DNA from: Sedimentisphaerales bacterium | GTDB taxonomy: Bacteria > Planctomycetota > Phycisphaerae > Sedimentisphaerales > SM23-30 | Assembly (NCBI GenBank): GCA_963663965.2 | Contig: CAXXFK010000023.1 | Location: 32,001-96,000 of the forward strand | Direction: 5' to 3' | Length of the DNA: 64,000 nucleotides | Shown here: positions 1 to 10,986 of the stretch, piece by piece | Layout of the letters: each line of letters opens with the position of its first letter | How positions within the stretch are numbered: position 1 is the stretch's first letter | Translations under genes and position numbers: made by a program | Notes under the pieces: model-generated | Seen by the model: only the letters and a program-made list of their open reading frames with translations | Told to the model about the DNA's origin: nothing | The model's database searches: none

Positions 1-2142
1 TCCCAGATATCCGGCCAGATCGACCATTTCCGGCCGCCCGGCCAGCGTCCCCGCGGTAACAACACGCCACTTGGCCTGTCCACCCGCCGATTCCGGCCCG
101 AAAGCTTTATTAAACAATGCCTCCCCGGTAACACCACTCGCTTCATACGGCCCCGATACCTGCCAGATCGTTATATACCCCTCCAGTTGCTCAGCCCGTT
201 TCAAGATCTCTGCCGCCTGCCTGCGCACAGGATCACTTGTTGACTTCGCCTGCAAGGTGCGGACGGTCTTCAGCGCCACCTCCGGGGCCGTCAGGGTCAG
301 TCCTTCCGCGATCTTCAACGCGGCCAGTTCCGCCTCCATCTTCACCCCTGCTTCATTTAAAAATGGCATCACCAAGTCCAGGGCCCGTGCGTCAGACACG
401 TTAGCCAGCACCCCCAGAACCTGCTTCTTATCTTCAACCCGCTCTGCCGCCCCCACCAGAACCTTGCAAATATCCAGCTTCACCGAAGCCGGCCGCGGAT
501 CCATGGCAATTAATCGCGCGCAGCCCCGCATAATCACCACCCGCAACACCGGGTCACTGGTATTTTTCAATTCCGCCGCCAGACGATCCAGCGCCCGGAT
601 ATTCGGCCAGCTCGCCAGCGCCCGCACCGCCGTCTCCCGTACCTCGGGATTATCCGCCCGTAAATACCTTCCCACCGTCTCCAGAGCCTTGGCATTACCA
701 ATCCGGCCCAGCACCCGCAATAACGAACATCGAATTGGAATACGATTCGCCTTATCCAACTCAGCCGCCACCACATCCGCGCGAGCAGCTTCATCCTCGA
801 TGTTACCAGCCAGCGAAACCACCGCCCGCTCCACCTCATCCCGGTCCGAATCTCCCTTCATATCAACAAGAAAACTCAGCACCGTCGGCAAATCCTCAGC
901 CGTACCCAATTGTCCAATCGCCTTCACTGCCACCTGACGAACCAAACCTTCCGAACTCCGGGCCTCATCGATCAAAATCGGTGTGGCGCTTGAAACATGT
1001 CGCAACGCCAGCAATCCGATATAAATGGGACGATCCGCCTCTGGTGCCTTTTGCATAATCCCTGTCAGGGCGCGATCAACCCCGTCGCCCTCCAGCCCTT
1101 CCAGTGTCGATATAATAACCTGTTTCTCCTGGGCGTTAGAATTCCCTGCCATCAGCTCGCACAAAGCGGCCAGACTGTCAAGCCCGCCAATACGCCCCAG
1201 GGCTCCAATCGCCGCTTGCCGAACCTCTCGATCACCCTGCTTGGCCGCCTGAATCAATCCCGGCACCGCCGCCGGATTGCCACCGTCACCCAGCGCGCCA
1301 ATCACCAGCGCCCGCGCGTCCGCTGGCAGACCGCTCAACTGCCCCGCCACCTGCAGAACCAAACCCTCATCATTGGATTCCGAAAGATAACCTGCGGCCA
1401 TCATCCTTGCCGCCATATCATTTCCCTTCAACGCGCCCGTCACCCATGCCTTCGCCTTATCCGGCGCTGCATGCAACCAGCCTCTAATGGCCGCCATCCG
1501 TACAAACGCCGGCCATTTTTCATCCTGCAATTCCTGATAGATTCCCGCAGCCACTCCCACCTCATTCCGCCGCCATAACCCCTCCGCGGCCACCAGCGAC
1601 GCCTCGGCAGCCGGCAGCCGGATCTCGGGCGAATTGTCTTTCCGCAATCCCGCCAATACCTCAGCCGCCCGTTCAGTCCCGATTGCCCCCAGCGCCCGGA
1701 TCGCCGCCCGCGCCACATCACGATCACTGCTCCCAGTCAGTTTACTCAATGGCTCCACCGCCCCCGTCTCGCCCCGCTGGCCCAGCGACTGGATGATTCC
1801 CAACTTCACAGCGCCTTCAGCCGGCCCCAGCGCCGCCAGCAACGCGCCCCCGGCCTCCGGATACGGCATTACTTCCAGAACGCTCCGCGCCGACCTCGAA
1901 CAGGCCGGCTCCGTTAATAAAGACGCCAGCGCCGGAATACTCGCCCGGCTGCCAATGCCCTGCAATTCGCGACACGCCGCGTCTTTCGCCTCCGCCGTTC
2001 CGTTACTCACAAGAACCTTGATCAGTTCCCCTTCCCGGCCACTCGACACACCTTCCGCCCCCATCGCTTTATCCTGCCCCATAACCGCCAACATAACCAC
2101 AATGACGCCTATCCGGATTGCCGTTCCCATCTGCCGTTTCAT
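1..2142 (-). CDS. HEAT-repeat (PBS lyase-like) secreted protein, 3' end runs off the window
   Basis: Not in the ORF track because it has no stop in the window. Manual translation from ATG 2142 (GGAG upstream) gives MKRQMGTAIRIGVIVVMLAVMGQ, a signal peptide, then repeats such as VKLGIIQSLGQRGETGAVEPL and VARAAIRALGAIGTERAAEVL. It lies directly downstream of the Gfo/Idh/MocA gene. Confidence 0.85.
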   Translation of the reverse strand, partial: MKRQMGTAIRIGVIVVMLAVMGQDKAMGAEGVSSGREGELIKVLVSNGTAEAKDAACRELQGIGSRASIPALASLLTEPACSRSARSVLEVMPYPEAGGALLAALGPAEGAVKLGIIQSLGQRGETGAVEPLSKLTGSSDRDVARAAIRALGAIGTERAAEVLAGLRKDNSPEIRLPAAEASLVAAEGLWRRNEVGVAAGIYQELQDEKWPAFVRMAAIRGWLHAAPDKAKAWVTGALKGNDMAARMMAAGYLSESNDEGLVLQVAGQLSGLPADARALVIGALGDGGNPAAVPGLIQAAKQGDREVRQAAIGALGRIGGLDSLAALCELMAGNSNAQEKQVIISTLEGLEGDGVDRALTGIMQKAPEADRPIYIGLLALRHVSSATPILIDEARSSEGLVRQVAVKAIGQLGTAEDLPTVLSFLVDMKGDSDRDEVERAVVSLAGNIEDEAARADVVAAELDKANRIPIRCSLLRVLGRIGNAKALETVGRYLRADNPEVRETAVRALASWPNIRALDRLAAELKNTSDPVLRVVIMRGCARLIAMDPRPASVKLDICKVLVGAAERVEDKKQVLGVLANVSDARALDLVMPFLNEAGVKMEAELAALKIAEGLTLTAPEVALKTVRTLQAKSTSDPVRRQAAEILKRAEQLEGYITIWQVSGPYEASGVTGEALFNKAFGPESAGGQAKWRVVTAGTLAGRPEMVDLAGYLG

Positions 2143-2203
2143 CGATTGATCTCCCATAAGATTTACTGCTAATGAATTTTGTTTTTCTTCCAGACCACGG
2201 GTA

Positions 2204-3505
2204 TCATACCTGCCAGGGCGCCCGGCTGGCCTTCTGTCGCATCCGATTCGCCTCGTCATCATTGACAAACGCCTCCTGGTCCGGATCCCAATTCAGATCC
2301 CGCCCCAGTAATAAACAGAGTGTGATCGCGTGGTTCGTGGTCATCGACCGGTGCATCACTTCCGCGTTCGCCACCGTCGAACGCCGGCTTCTCACACTGG
2401 CCAGAAAATCCAGCACATGATTGAAAGGCCGCCCGCTCTTCACCGCGTAAGCGCTGATCACCCGCTTATACTCGCCCAGCAATGCCGGCGATGACACATC
2501 CGGCTTGTCATACCCATCCGCGATAGAGACCCAGCCTTCACTGCCCTCAAACCGCACGCCGCAGGTCCCCCGCCAGCCCTCAAAATTCAAGGCCAGCTTC
2601 ACGCCATTGGCAAAATAACTCTCCATCCAGTTCCCCGACCGATTGCCCGGATACACATACTTCACCGGCGAACTGGTCTCCGCCCCCACCGCCGCCTGAC
2701 ACTGCAGGATCGTATGACTGCCCCAGCCGGCTACCCCCGCCCCAAAATCCTGAAATACGCCCCAGGCCCCGCAACCGCCCAGGTAGCCGGCGTTGTAGGG
2801 CCGCCGCGGCGCCGGACCCAGCCACAATTCCCAGTCCAGTTCCTCTTTCGACGGCTCCGGCTGCGCGGGCAAAAGCTCGTTACGACTCACATCCTGGACC
2901 GCCGACCATAAATGTGCCCGCACCACGCGCAACTCACCCAATAATCCCTGCCGGGCCAGCTCGGTGGCAAAGATAAAATTCGGCTCACTCATCCGCTGGG
3001 CGCCCGTCTGAAAGATCCGCCCATAACGCCTGGCCGTTTCCGCCACGGCCCGGCCTTCCGCGATGGTCATACTGCCCGGCTTCTCGCAATACACATCCTT
3101 GCCCGCGCTCATCGCCAGTACCGCCGCCGTCGCGTGCCAGCGGTCGCCGGTCGCGATCAGCATCGCGTCAATATCGCCCCGCTTCGCCAGTATCTCGCGC
3201 AGGTCACGGTATGTCTCACAATCCGAATTGCCATACTTGCCATCCACCATCTGTTTCGCCCGCACCCGGTTCGCTCCCAGCACATCGCACACCGCCACAA
3301 ACTGCACCTCCTGCTGACCCAGCAGCCAGCCCAGATCGCTCTGGCCCCGGCCACCCATGCCAATACCACCCATCACAATCCGCTCACTCGGCGCGACAGA
3401 ACCATCTTTCCCCAAAACCGACGACGGGATCACCAGCGGGGCCGCAACCGCCATCAGTCCGCTCTTTAACACTGCTCTGCGTGTCAACTTCGTATTCATG
3501 ATCAT
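2204..3505 (-). CDS. Gfo/Idh/MocA family oxidoreductase with Tat signal
   Basis: TRRAVLK twin-arginine leader, GIGMGGRG Rossmann motif, IATGDRWH and DVYCEKP. Confidence 0.93.
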   Translation of the reverse strand: MIMNTKLTRRAVLKSGLMAVAAPLVIPSSVLGKDGSVAPSERIVMGGIGMGGRGQSDLGWLLGQQEVQFVAVCDVLGANRVRAKQMVDGKYGNSDCETYRDLREILAKRGDIDAMLIATGDRWHATAAVLAMSAGKDVYCEKPGSMTIAEGRAVAETARRYGRIFQTGAQRMSEPNFIFATELARQGLLGELRVVRAHLWSAVQDVSRNELLPAQPEPSKEELDWELWLGPAPRRPYNAGYLGGCGAWGVFQDFGAGVAGWGSHTILQCQAAVGAETSSPVKYVYPGNRSGNWMESYFANGVKLALNFEGWRGTCGVRFEGSEGWVSIADGYDKPDVSSPALLGEYKRVISAYAVKSGRPFNHVLDFLASVRSRRSTVANAEVMHRSMTTNHAITLCLLLGRDLNWDPDQEAFVNDDEANRMRQKASRAPWQV

Positions 3506-3700
3506 TCTCCATAGCGATGACTTTAATCGTCATTTAAGATGGCTGGATATGGATCTCCCAGCCAATTCATTGTCTGATATCTTTGCCTCGAGAAGGCTGT
3601 TGTCTATCGAGCATTAATGATTTTAAAAAGAACCGGATATTTTTAGAGGCTCTCTTAATGTTACCGCGCGGAACATCTGCTTGCAAGCGCGATTTAACCT

Positions 3701-5839
3701 TCATTCCAGCGAAACGCCCATCTCTTCAAATTGGGCCGCGGCATTCAGAAAATGGGCCGTCATCCAGAAAACGGTCCAGCTTTCATGGTAGGTGCCTCGC
3801 ATCCGGGTCACGTCATTAACAGGCAGGCCCTGCACAAAATTGGTATGATTAAGCTGTTCGCCCTGGCTGCCATACGCGTCCAGCATCTGCCCGCAACTGC
3901 GGTACATCACAATGGCCAGCTTCTTCAGATCATCCCGTCCTGTCAGTTCGCCCATACGATAAACCTGCGGGGTATAGACCACCCCAAAAACATCCAGATG
4001 CTGATTCTGGGCCGAAACCACCGTCCAGCCCCGGGTTCTCAAATCATGATCGCGCAACCGGCCCGCCGGCAGATCAATATCCCAGATGACCGTATAGCTC
4101 AAAGTCACATCCAGCGCATGTTCCGCCCATTTCAGGTATTTGGATTCGCCAGTCATCTCATAAACCGCCAGAAATGCCTGAAAACCCGCCCAGGCTCCCT
4201 CCTTGTCTTCGCAACTGGCATCCAGCGTACCGCCCCAATAGGGTTCTGTCATATCCAGGTGACGCTGGGCGTAATGACCGGCAGCTTTCAACGCGGCCTG
4301 CCGGTAAATCTCCTTGCCAAACCATTGATATCCTTTGCACAACGGAGATACCAGGAATCCCTCATTGGTTGATTTCGGCCGCCAGCCTTCTTCCAGGATT
4401 CGCGCCGCGTGAAAATCACAGGCCTTGCGCAAAAAGGCCTCCCACTTCGAGGTGTCCACCGAACTCAACTTGCGGCCCGCAAGAATCGCACGGGCAAAAT
4501 TCTCCATCGCCTGACCCTGCGAAACCGGGTCCTGCTCCGTCCACCGGTCCTGATCGGGAGCGTAACGGTTGTGAAATCCATGCTGATTAAATGGCGAAGC
4601 GGTCAACAGATCGAGGGAACGTTGTGCTTTGGATATGCCATCAATGGCATCCAATCTCTCTCCCAGCACCAATAACGCGTAACCCGGTGCGGCAGCCTGC
4701 CCGCACCAGCCCATGACATAATCGTTTCTATTCGGGTACATCCGGAATCCGGCCGACTGACCGTTCTCATGCCAGCGCGACAGGGCAAATTGATACTTCG
4801 CTCGTAAAATCTCGTTATAGGTCGGCAAACCCTCGGTACTGAATGGCTGATAGATTTTCAGCGCCTCTAATAACGGAACACGGAATCCCGATCCTTTCTG
4901 ATCGACCGGATACACTTGAAGATAAAATGTCTTCTCAATAATACCTCCCGGCGGTACGGTTAAATAGGTATCGGAATATGGAAAGAACTTACGTTGATTA
5001 GCCTTGACATGGCCCCGGCGGCCATTGATCGAACAAGGCCCGGATAACATTGCCACTTCGCTAAAGGTATCATGTCCCTCGACACCTGCCGACCACCATT
5101 GATCGCTTTTATTCGCGTAAGGTGCCAGAGACGGCAACATATGAAGTGCCGCGCCGCAATACCGGTTATCATTTTCCCATTCCAATGCCGCAAATGGCAT
5201 CGCCAGCCGATGCTCTTCACAAAACAGCTCCTCGCCTGGCTTACCGGTATAAATAGCGACACGCTCACTACCTGAACGAGCCCCCGATGGATTACCATAA
5301 TAACAGAAGCCCGGCAGGACCACTTCCGCTCCGCTTTGCGGGACCTGCCAGCGGATCGAAAGGGTTGTCTTCCCTGCCGGCTGACTCCCCGTCCACTGCC
5401 AGCGCCGTACGACACGCACCCGCCGACCTTCAGCAATATAAGAATCGCGTATATTCCATTGCCCCTGATCGGTCTCCACTTTCCCGGCCAGAACCAGCCA
5501 CGACCCGATACGTTGACAAGTCTCCACCTGACCATGCCGCCAGGCCGCCGGCCAGTCATCTTTCCAATCCATCGCGATCGACCAGAGCCCTTCAGCCGGT
5601 TGCCTGAGATAATTGACGTTATCAATAGAAAGCCCCACCCGATAGCCCCCATCCTGTTTAGCCACTTCCAGACGACCGTCGCCCACTTCAAGAATCTCTT
5701 GAACCGTTGATTGTGCCAATGCGCCGACACCCTGGCCCATAAAAATCGTCACGACAAAACAAAACAGACCATAAAACCTGATTATATCCCAGGCCTTTTC
5801 AGCACGTTGTGCAAACGCCACTCGCCGGATTAACATCAT
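3701..5839 (-). CDS. Secreted hypothetical protein, probable glycoside-hydrolase-like (alpha/alpha)6 barrel
   Basis: 712-aa ORF with a hydrophobic N-terminus. The C-terminal half has six-hairpin-like helices (AVYEMTGESKYLKWAEHA; YWGGTLDASCEDKEG). The family assignment is an inference. Confidence 0.6.
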   Translation of the reverse strand: MMLIRRVAFAQRAEKAWDIIRFYGLFCFVVTIFMGQGVGALAQSTVQEILEVGDGRLEVAKQDGGYRVGLSIDNVNYLRQPAEGLWSIAMDWKDDWPAAWRHGQVETCQRIGSWLVLAGKVETDQGQWNIRDSYIAEGRRVRVVRRWQWTGSQPAGKTTLSIRWQVPQSGAEVVLPGFCYYGNPSGARSGSERVAIYTGKPGEELFCEEHRLAMPFAALEWENDNRYCGAALHMLPSLAPYANKSDQWWSAGVEGHDTFSEVAMLSGPCSINGRRGHVKANQRKFFPYSDTYLTVPPGGIIEKTFYLQVYPVDQKGSGFRVPLLEALKIYQPFSTEGLPTYNEILRAKYQFALSRWHENGQSAGFRMYPNRNDYVMGWCGQAAAPGYALLVLGERLDAIDGISKAQRSLDLLTASPFNQHGFHNRYAPDQDRWTEQDPVSQGQAMENFARAILAGRKLSSVDTSKWEAFLRKACDFHAARILEEGWRPKSTNEGFLVSPLCKGYQWFGKEIYRQAALKAAGHYAQRHLDMTEPYWGGTLDASCEDKEGAWAGFQAFLAVYEMTGESKYLKWAEHALDVTLSYTVIWDIDLPAGRLRDHDLRTRGWTVVSAQNQHLDVFGVVYTPQVYRMGELTGRDDLKKLAIVMYRSCGQMLDAYGSQGEQLNHTNFVQGLPVNDVTRMRGTYHESWTVFWMTAHFLNAAAQFEEMGVSLE

Positions 5840-6316
5840 TTGACTCCTGTATACTGCTTACGATTGAAAATGCCCGCTGGGCCGTGATATAAGTTCTACA
5901 CGAGTAAAAAACTTATCTTGCGAGCAATCGGGAATTGTCATACCCATTGGGTATATCAGACAATCATTGGCCAGGCCGATATGTTAACACCCCTAAGATG
6001 CAATTCTAAACAAACCGGCGCCATCTTCAAATCTTCTGAATATCTTGTCTAACTTGACTAACGATCAGAGAAATCAACCATTGCTTTTTACTGAAATTAT
6101 GGCATGATAAGAATCTGCGGACAATAAATAAGCCAGATTGCAACATTCCATATCATAACGTTGTTAGTAAATAGGAGCCTCTATCAATCGTTTTAAGGTG
6201 CCGGAACACATAACTTGGAACAAGATAATCCTTTTATCAGTAAGTAGTTATTGCCATTTTTCCTGACAGGATCATACCTGAAGGTCCTGTTTAAACCACT
6301 AATCCAGAATTTTGGA

Positions 6317-9300
6317 ATGCCAATGCCCAGAGCCTGTATCCTTTTTCTGTCGTTACAAATGGTGTTTTGCCTTAGTCCTTCGGGTATCGCCGAGGAGAAT
6401 ACCGATCCATTCGATTTAACCACCCTTAATATCCCCGCCCTGCGCCGGGCCGCCGCCGACATTATCCAGATGGCCCCCGAAAAGGCCGGCCCGATCAATG
6501 AATGCCTGCAATCCCTCACCCGCCTCGAATCTCAAATCGATAAGATCACCGCCGCGCTCACCCAGAACGATCCCCAGGCCCGCCAACAAGCCCAACAACT
6601 GCTCCAACTGCAACGCCAGATCCTGCTCAGTAATCCCATCCTGGACCAATACGACGAGATCATTCTGATCAAACGCAAACAAGAGGGCAACCTGGCCCTG
6701 CCCGCCAACTGGGAAAGCAACTCCAGCCTCAATCCCTACGGCTGGGATAATGAAATCGTCCTGATCTCCCTGAAAAATCCCGATCAGCCGCTCCGCACAC
6801 TCTTCAAACCCGCCGCCGCTGAATGCCTTACCGATATCGACCTCCATTTCAACGCCGATAAAATCATGTTCTCCATGCCCGGCGCCAATCAACGCTGGCA
6901 GATTTTCGAATTGAATCTCACCACCCATGACCTGGAACAACTGCCGCTTATTATAGAGCCGGACGTCGATAATTACGATTCCTGTTATCTGCCCGATGGC
7001 AATATTATCTTTTCTTCCACCGCGCCATTCATCGGGGTGCCCTGCGTTCAGGGCGCTTCCCATGTGACCAACCTCTACCACTTCAACCGAACCACCGGCG
7101 CCATTCGCCGCCTGACCTTCGACCAGGAACACAACTGGTGCCCGACCGTCATGCCCAACGGCCAGGTACTTTATCTGCGCTGGGAATATACCGATACCCC
7201 CCACTTCACGACCCGCATCCTCTTCACCATGAATCCAGATGGCACCAACCAGCGCGAATTCTACGGCAGCAATTCCTACTGGCCCAATAGTATCTTCTAT
7301 GCCCGCCCCATCCCCAACCAGGAAAACGCCTTTATCGGTATCGTTACCGGCCATCACGGTGTCGCGCGGATCGGCGAACTGGTCCTTTTCGATACCGCGC
7401 GCGGCCGCCGCGAAGCCGAAGGCGCCTTGCAGCGCATCCCGGGCTATGGCCAGAAAATCGAGCCGGTTATCGTCGACCGGCTCGTCGACAACTCCTGGCC
7501 CAAATTCCTGCATCCCTGCCCGCTCAACGAAAAATATGTCCTGGTCGCCGCCCAGCTCACCCCGCAATCTCAATGGGGACTTTACCTGGTGGATATTTTC
7601 GACAATATCTTGCTCCTCCGCTCGCAACCGGGCTATGTCCTTTTCGAACCGGTTCCGCTGATCAAAACACCCATCCCCCCGATTATCCCATCCCGGGTTG
7701 ATCCCGGCCAGACCACCGCCACTATGTACATTACCGACATTTACCGAGGCGACGGTCTTAAAGAGGTGCCCCGTGGCACAGTCAAAAAGCTGCGCCTGTT
7801 CACCTATCAATTCGCCTATCACGGTATGGGCGGCCAGGTCAACCGCGTCGGCCTGGATGGCCCCTGGGATGTCAAACGCATCATCGGTACCGTTCCGGTC
7901 GAAGCGGACGGCTCGGCCATGTTCTCCGTACCGGCCAATACCCCCATTTCCATGCAGCCCCTGGACCAACAGGGAAAGGCCATCGCCCTCATGCGCAGCT
8001 GGGCTACGGCCATGCCCGGCGAAATCCTCTCTTGTGTGGGTTGCCATGAACCCCAAAACAGCACACCCGTTACCGGCCCTACCATCGCCGCCGGCCAACC
8101 GCCCGCTACCACCAAACCCTGGTACGGCCCCACCCGCGGCTTCAGTTTCAACCGGGAAGTCCAGCCGGTACTGGATAAATATTGCGTCGGCTGTCATGGT
8201 GCAGAAAATTGCGAATATCCTGATAACCCTGACTTTACCTGTCGGCCGCCGGTCCAGGTTAAGGCCGCCAACCAGACTTATGTTCAAGGCACCCAATTCC
8301 CCCCCGCTTACCTTGCCCTGCGCCAGTTCGTCCGCACTCCCACCATCGAAAGCGACAGCCACCTGCTCGATCCCTATGAATTCCACGCCTCCAATACCGA
8401 ACTGATCCAGATCCTGCAACAAGGCCATCATAACGTGACCCTTGATGCGGAAAGCTGGGATCGTCTTGTCACCTGGATAGATCTGAACACCCCCGCCCAC
8501 GGCAGCTGGCGCGAAGTTGTCGGACCCGATAAAGTCAACCACCAGTATCAGCGCCGCCTGGCGATGATGAAAAAATATTCTTCCCGCGATGACGATGAAG
8601 AATTCATCAATCCCCAGCCCCGGAATATTGTTTTTCAGCAACCAGCCCCTGCTCAGATAAATCAAACCCGGACACCTGCCTGTTCCGGCTGGCCCCTCAC
8701 CCCTCAACAGGCCCGGCAATCACAGCAGGAATCGTCACCCGCCCCACTATCCCTGCCCTTGAACGACAGCCTTGCCATCGAAATGGCATGGATTCCCGCC
8801 GGTGAATTTATCATGGGCGCTCCATCTGCCCGCACGGACACACCGCCGCGTAAGGCTCAAATCGAATCCGGTTTCTGGATGACGAAATTTGAAATCACCA
8901 ATCGCCAGTTCGCCTGTTTCGACCCCCAACATGACAGCCGCCTGGAAAACGGCGACTTCCTCCAGTTCAGTCCCCGCGAACGGGGCTACCCCCTGAACCA
9001 GCCCGATCAACCGGTCTGTCGCGTCTCCTGGCAGCAGGCCACAAAATTCTGCCAATGGTTGTCATCGAAAACCGGCCGCTCATGTTCTTTACCCAACGAA
9101 ATCCAGTGGGAATATGCCTGCCGCGCCGGTAGCGGCCAGACCCACTGGTTCGGCGACTCTAACACCAATTTTGCCCCATTTGCCAATCTCGCCGACAAAA
9201 AACTCCGGTTCATGGAAACCATCGACTGGGGCCTTCCCGCCGGCGCCATCCCGCTCTGGCGGCCGGCCGTTGAGACGGTTGATGATGGCTTCCGCGTTTC

Positions 9301-9562
9301 CGCGCCCGTTGGATCTTATCAACCCAATCCCTGGGGCCTGTTTGACATGCTCGGCAATGTCGCCGAATGGACCGATACCCCCGCCCCGGCTGACCCCTAT
9401 GAACCCTATGAACCCTCTCCAGATTCCACCGAGTCATATCGTATCGTACGCGGCGGCTCCTGGTACGATCGCCCAGGCCGCGCCACCGCCTCCAGCCGGC
9501 AAAAATACCACCCCTGGCAGAAAGTTTACAACGTAGGCTTCCGCATCATTTGCACCAACTAA
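6317..9562 (+). CDS. Multidomain protein: beta-propeller + hydrazine-synthase-alpha-like middle domain + CxxCH heme motifs + C-terminal FGE/SUMF1 domain
   Basis: PD40-like repeats (YLPDGNIIFSST, YLRWEY), GTVPVEADGSA, SCVGCHE and YCVGCHG. The C-terminus has LPNEIQWEYACRAG, PNPWGLFDMLGNVAEW and RGGSW. Start placed at ATG 6317; the ORF track starts at 6251. Confidence 0.85.
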   Translation: MPMPRACILFLSLQMVFCLSPSGIAEENTDPFDLTTLNIPALRRAAADIIQMAPEKAGPINECLQSLTRLESQIDKITAALTQNDPQARQQAQQLLQLQRQILLSNPILDQYDEIILIKRKQEGNLALPANWESNSSLNPYGWDNEIVLISLKNPDQPLRTLFKPAAAECLTDIDLHFNADKIMFSMPGANQRWQIFELNLTTHDLEQLPLIIEPDVDNYDSCYLPDGNIIFSSTAPFIGVPCVQGASHVTNLYHFNRTTGAIRRLTFDQEHNWCPTVMPNGQVLYLRWEYTDTPHFTTRILFTMNPDGTNQREFYGSNSYWPNSIFYARPIPNQENAFIGIVTGHHGVARIGELVLFDTARGRREAEGALQRIPGYGQKIEPVIVDRLVDNSWPKFLHPCPLNEKYVLVAAQLTPQSQWGLYLVDIFDNILLLRSQPGYVLFEPVPLIKTPIPPIIPSRVDPGQTTATMYITDIYRGDGLKEVPRGTVKKLRLFTYQFAYHGMGGQVNRVGLDGPWDVKRIIGTVPVEADGSAMFSVPANTPISMQPLDQQGKAIALMRSWATAMPGEILSCVGCHEPQNSTPVTGPTIAAGQPPATTKPWYGPTRGFSFNREVQPVLDKYCVGCHGAENCEYPDNPDFTCRPPVQVKAANQTYVQGTQFPPAYLALRQFVRTPTIESDSHLLDPYEFHASNTELIQILQQGHHNVTLDAESWDRLVTWIDLNTPAHGSWREVVGPDKVNHQYQRRLAMMKKYSSRDDDEEFINPQPRNIVFQQPAPAQINQTRTPACSGWPLTPQQARQSQQESSPAPLSLPLNDSLAIEMAWIPAGEFIMGAPSARTDTPPRKAQIESGFWMTKFEITNRQFACFDPQHDSRLENGDFLQFSPRERGYPLNQPDQPVCRVSWQQATKFCQWLSSKTGRSCSLPNEIQWEYACRAGSGQTHWFGDSNTNFAPFANLADKKLRFMETIDWGLPAGAIPLWRPAVETVDDGFRVSAPVGSYQPNPWGLFDMLGNVAEWTDTPAPADPYEPYEPSPDSTESYRIVRGGSWYDRPGRATASSRQKYHPWQKVYNVGFRIICTN

Positions 9563-9575
9563 ATACGGATATAAT

Positions 9576-10421
9576 CTAAGACTTTCGTTGTTTTTTCAGA
9601 TGTTTCAACAATATCCCATGGGCCGGCGCCGCCATTTCGCCATGGTTAAATCCCTGTAGTTCATAAAGTTCGGTCTTTTTATGGCCCGCCACCTTCATCA
9701 TCCGCATCATATAGGCGTTTTCTTCATAACGCCCCAGCATCTCCAACTCCCGGTCGCCCGTAATCAGAACCAGCGGCGGCGCGTCATCACGAACAAAATA
9801 AAGCGGCGCCATCTCATCCACCACTGGCCGCGTGCCCGGTATGCCACGCTCATCCCGGACCGTAAAATGCGTAATGGTATGCCCACTAAAGGGGATCAAG
9901 CCGGCAATTTGATTTGCGTCGATGCCATAAGCCGCCAGATAATGTTTATCCAATCCAACCATGCTCGTCAAATACCCGCCCGCTGAATGACCGGACACAT
10001 AAATCCGCTTGGCATCCCCGCCATAAGCCTCGATATGCTTAAAAGTCCACGCCACCGCCGCCGCCGCGTCTTCAACATAAACCGGACAGGAAACCTTCGG
10101 ATACAACCGGTAATTCACCGCAATAACGGCGAGCCCCTGATTCTTCAACTCATTAGGAATAAATTTCTCCCCCCCGGTCAGCCCACCGCCATGAAACCAC
10201 ACCACGGTATCATAACCTTTTTGATCCACCGGATAATAAACATCCAGACGGCACCGCTCCTTCGCGTAGTCATCCAGCTCCCCACCCGACAGGTCTCGAT
10301 ACAGAATATTCGTCTCAATCTGATACCCATCCGCCTCTTCACCCCTTGTATAATTGGATAGCACTCCGCCGCAAACCACCAGAACCAGCGCCAAACGAGA
10401 TATCGAAAACCTACAATTCAT
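9576..10421 (-). CDS. Alpha/beta hydrolase (HSL-like carboxylesterase/lipase), secreted
   Basis: HGGG oxyanion motif, GHSAG nucleophile elbow and signal peptide. ATG 10421 has an AAGGA RBS. Confidence 0.9.
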   Translation of the reverse strand: MNCRFSISRLALVLVVCGGVLSNYTRGEEADGYQIETNILYRDLSGGELDDYAKERCRLDVYYPVDQKGYDTVVWFHGGGLTGGEKFIPNELKNQGLAVIAVNYRLYPKVSCPVYVEDAAAAVAWTFKHIEAYGGDAKRIYVSGHSAGGYLTSMVGLDKHYLAAYGIDANQIAGLIPFSGHTITHFTVRDERGIPGTRPVVDEMAPLYFVRDDAPPLVLITGDRELEMLGRYEENAYMMRMMKVAGHKKTELYELQGFNHGEMAAPAHGILLKHLKKQRKS

Positions 10422-10986
10422 AATATATCCTTTCATATCAAACAACATCATATCCCCCAATTTCCTGTCACCCCATATTAAAAAAACCACCCATCATTAC
10501 CACCAAATTTTTATTATACACAGTGTTTATTATTTTGTTGACAACGATCCACCCAAAACAAAAAATGACCGTAACACATGAAATAAAAATACCTTATCGA
10601 TTGTTTGTCTTCGGACACACTATGTCATTTTAATTAAATTGGGCCGCCCATAATTTTCCGCCCCATTCAAAACAAAGCCAATCTCACTAGAGCAACCGTG
10701 GCCACATCCCGATACTCCCCAGGTGCCATCCAACCGATCAGCATCCATTCTCAAACGAACCCAATAATACTTATCTGGCGCCTAACACCCTATATACAAA
10801 CACGTTACAACACTATCAACCCGGCTGAACATCTTCTCATATCACCCCCTCCTGTCAATCCGCCCTGGCCCCTCCATCAATTTTTTCTTTGCAATCGCTC
10901 TTTTGTGTAATAAGATGCAACGGACACAGACATCCATAAATATAAGAAAACATTAGTCTTACTATATACCTTAACAGGATATCCCC

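Noticed and set aside
71..2149. Plus-strand ORFs 71-937, 997-1578, 1634-2149
   Set aside because: They are antisense shadows of the minus-strand HEAT-repeat gene.
6317..9562. Anammox hydrazine synthase
   Set aside because: No hzsB/hzsC, an FGE fusion, and a heterotrophic gene context. Only the domain is shared.
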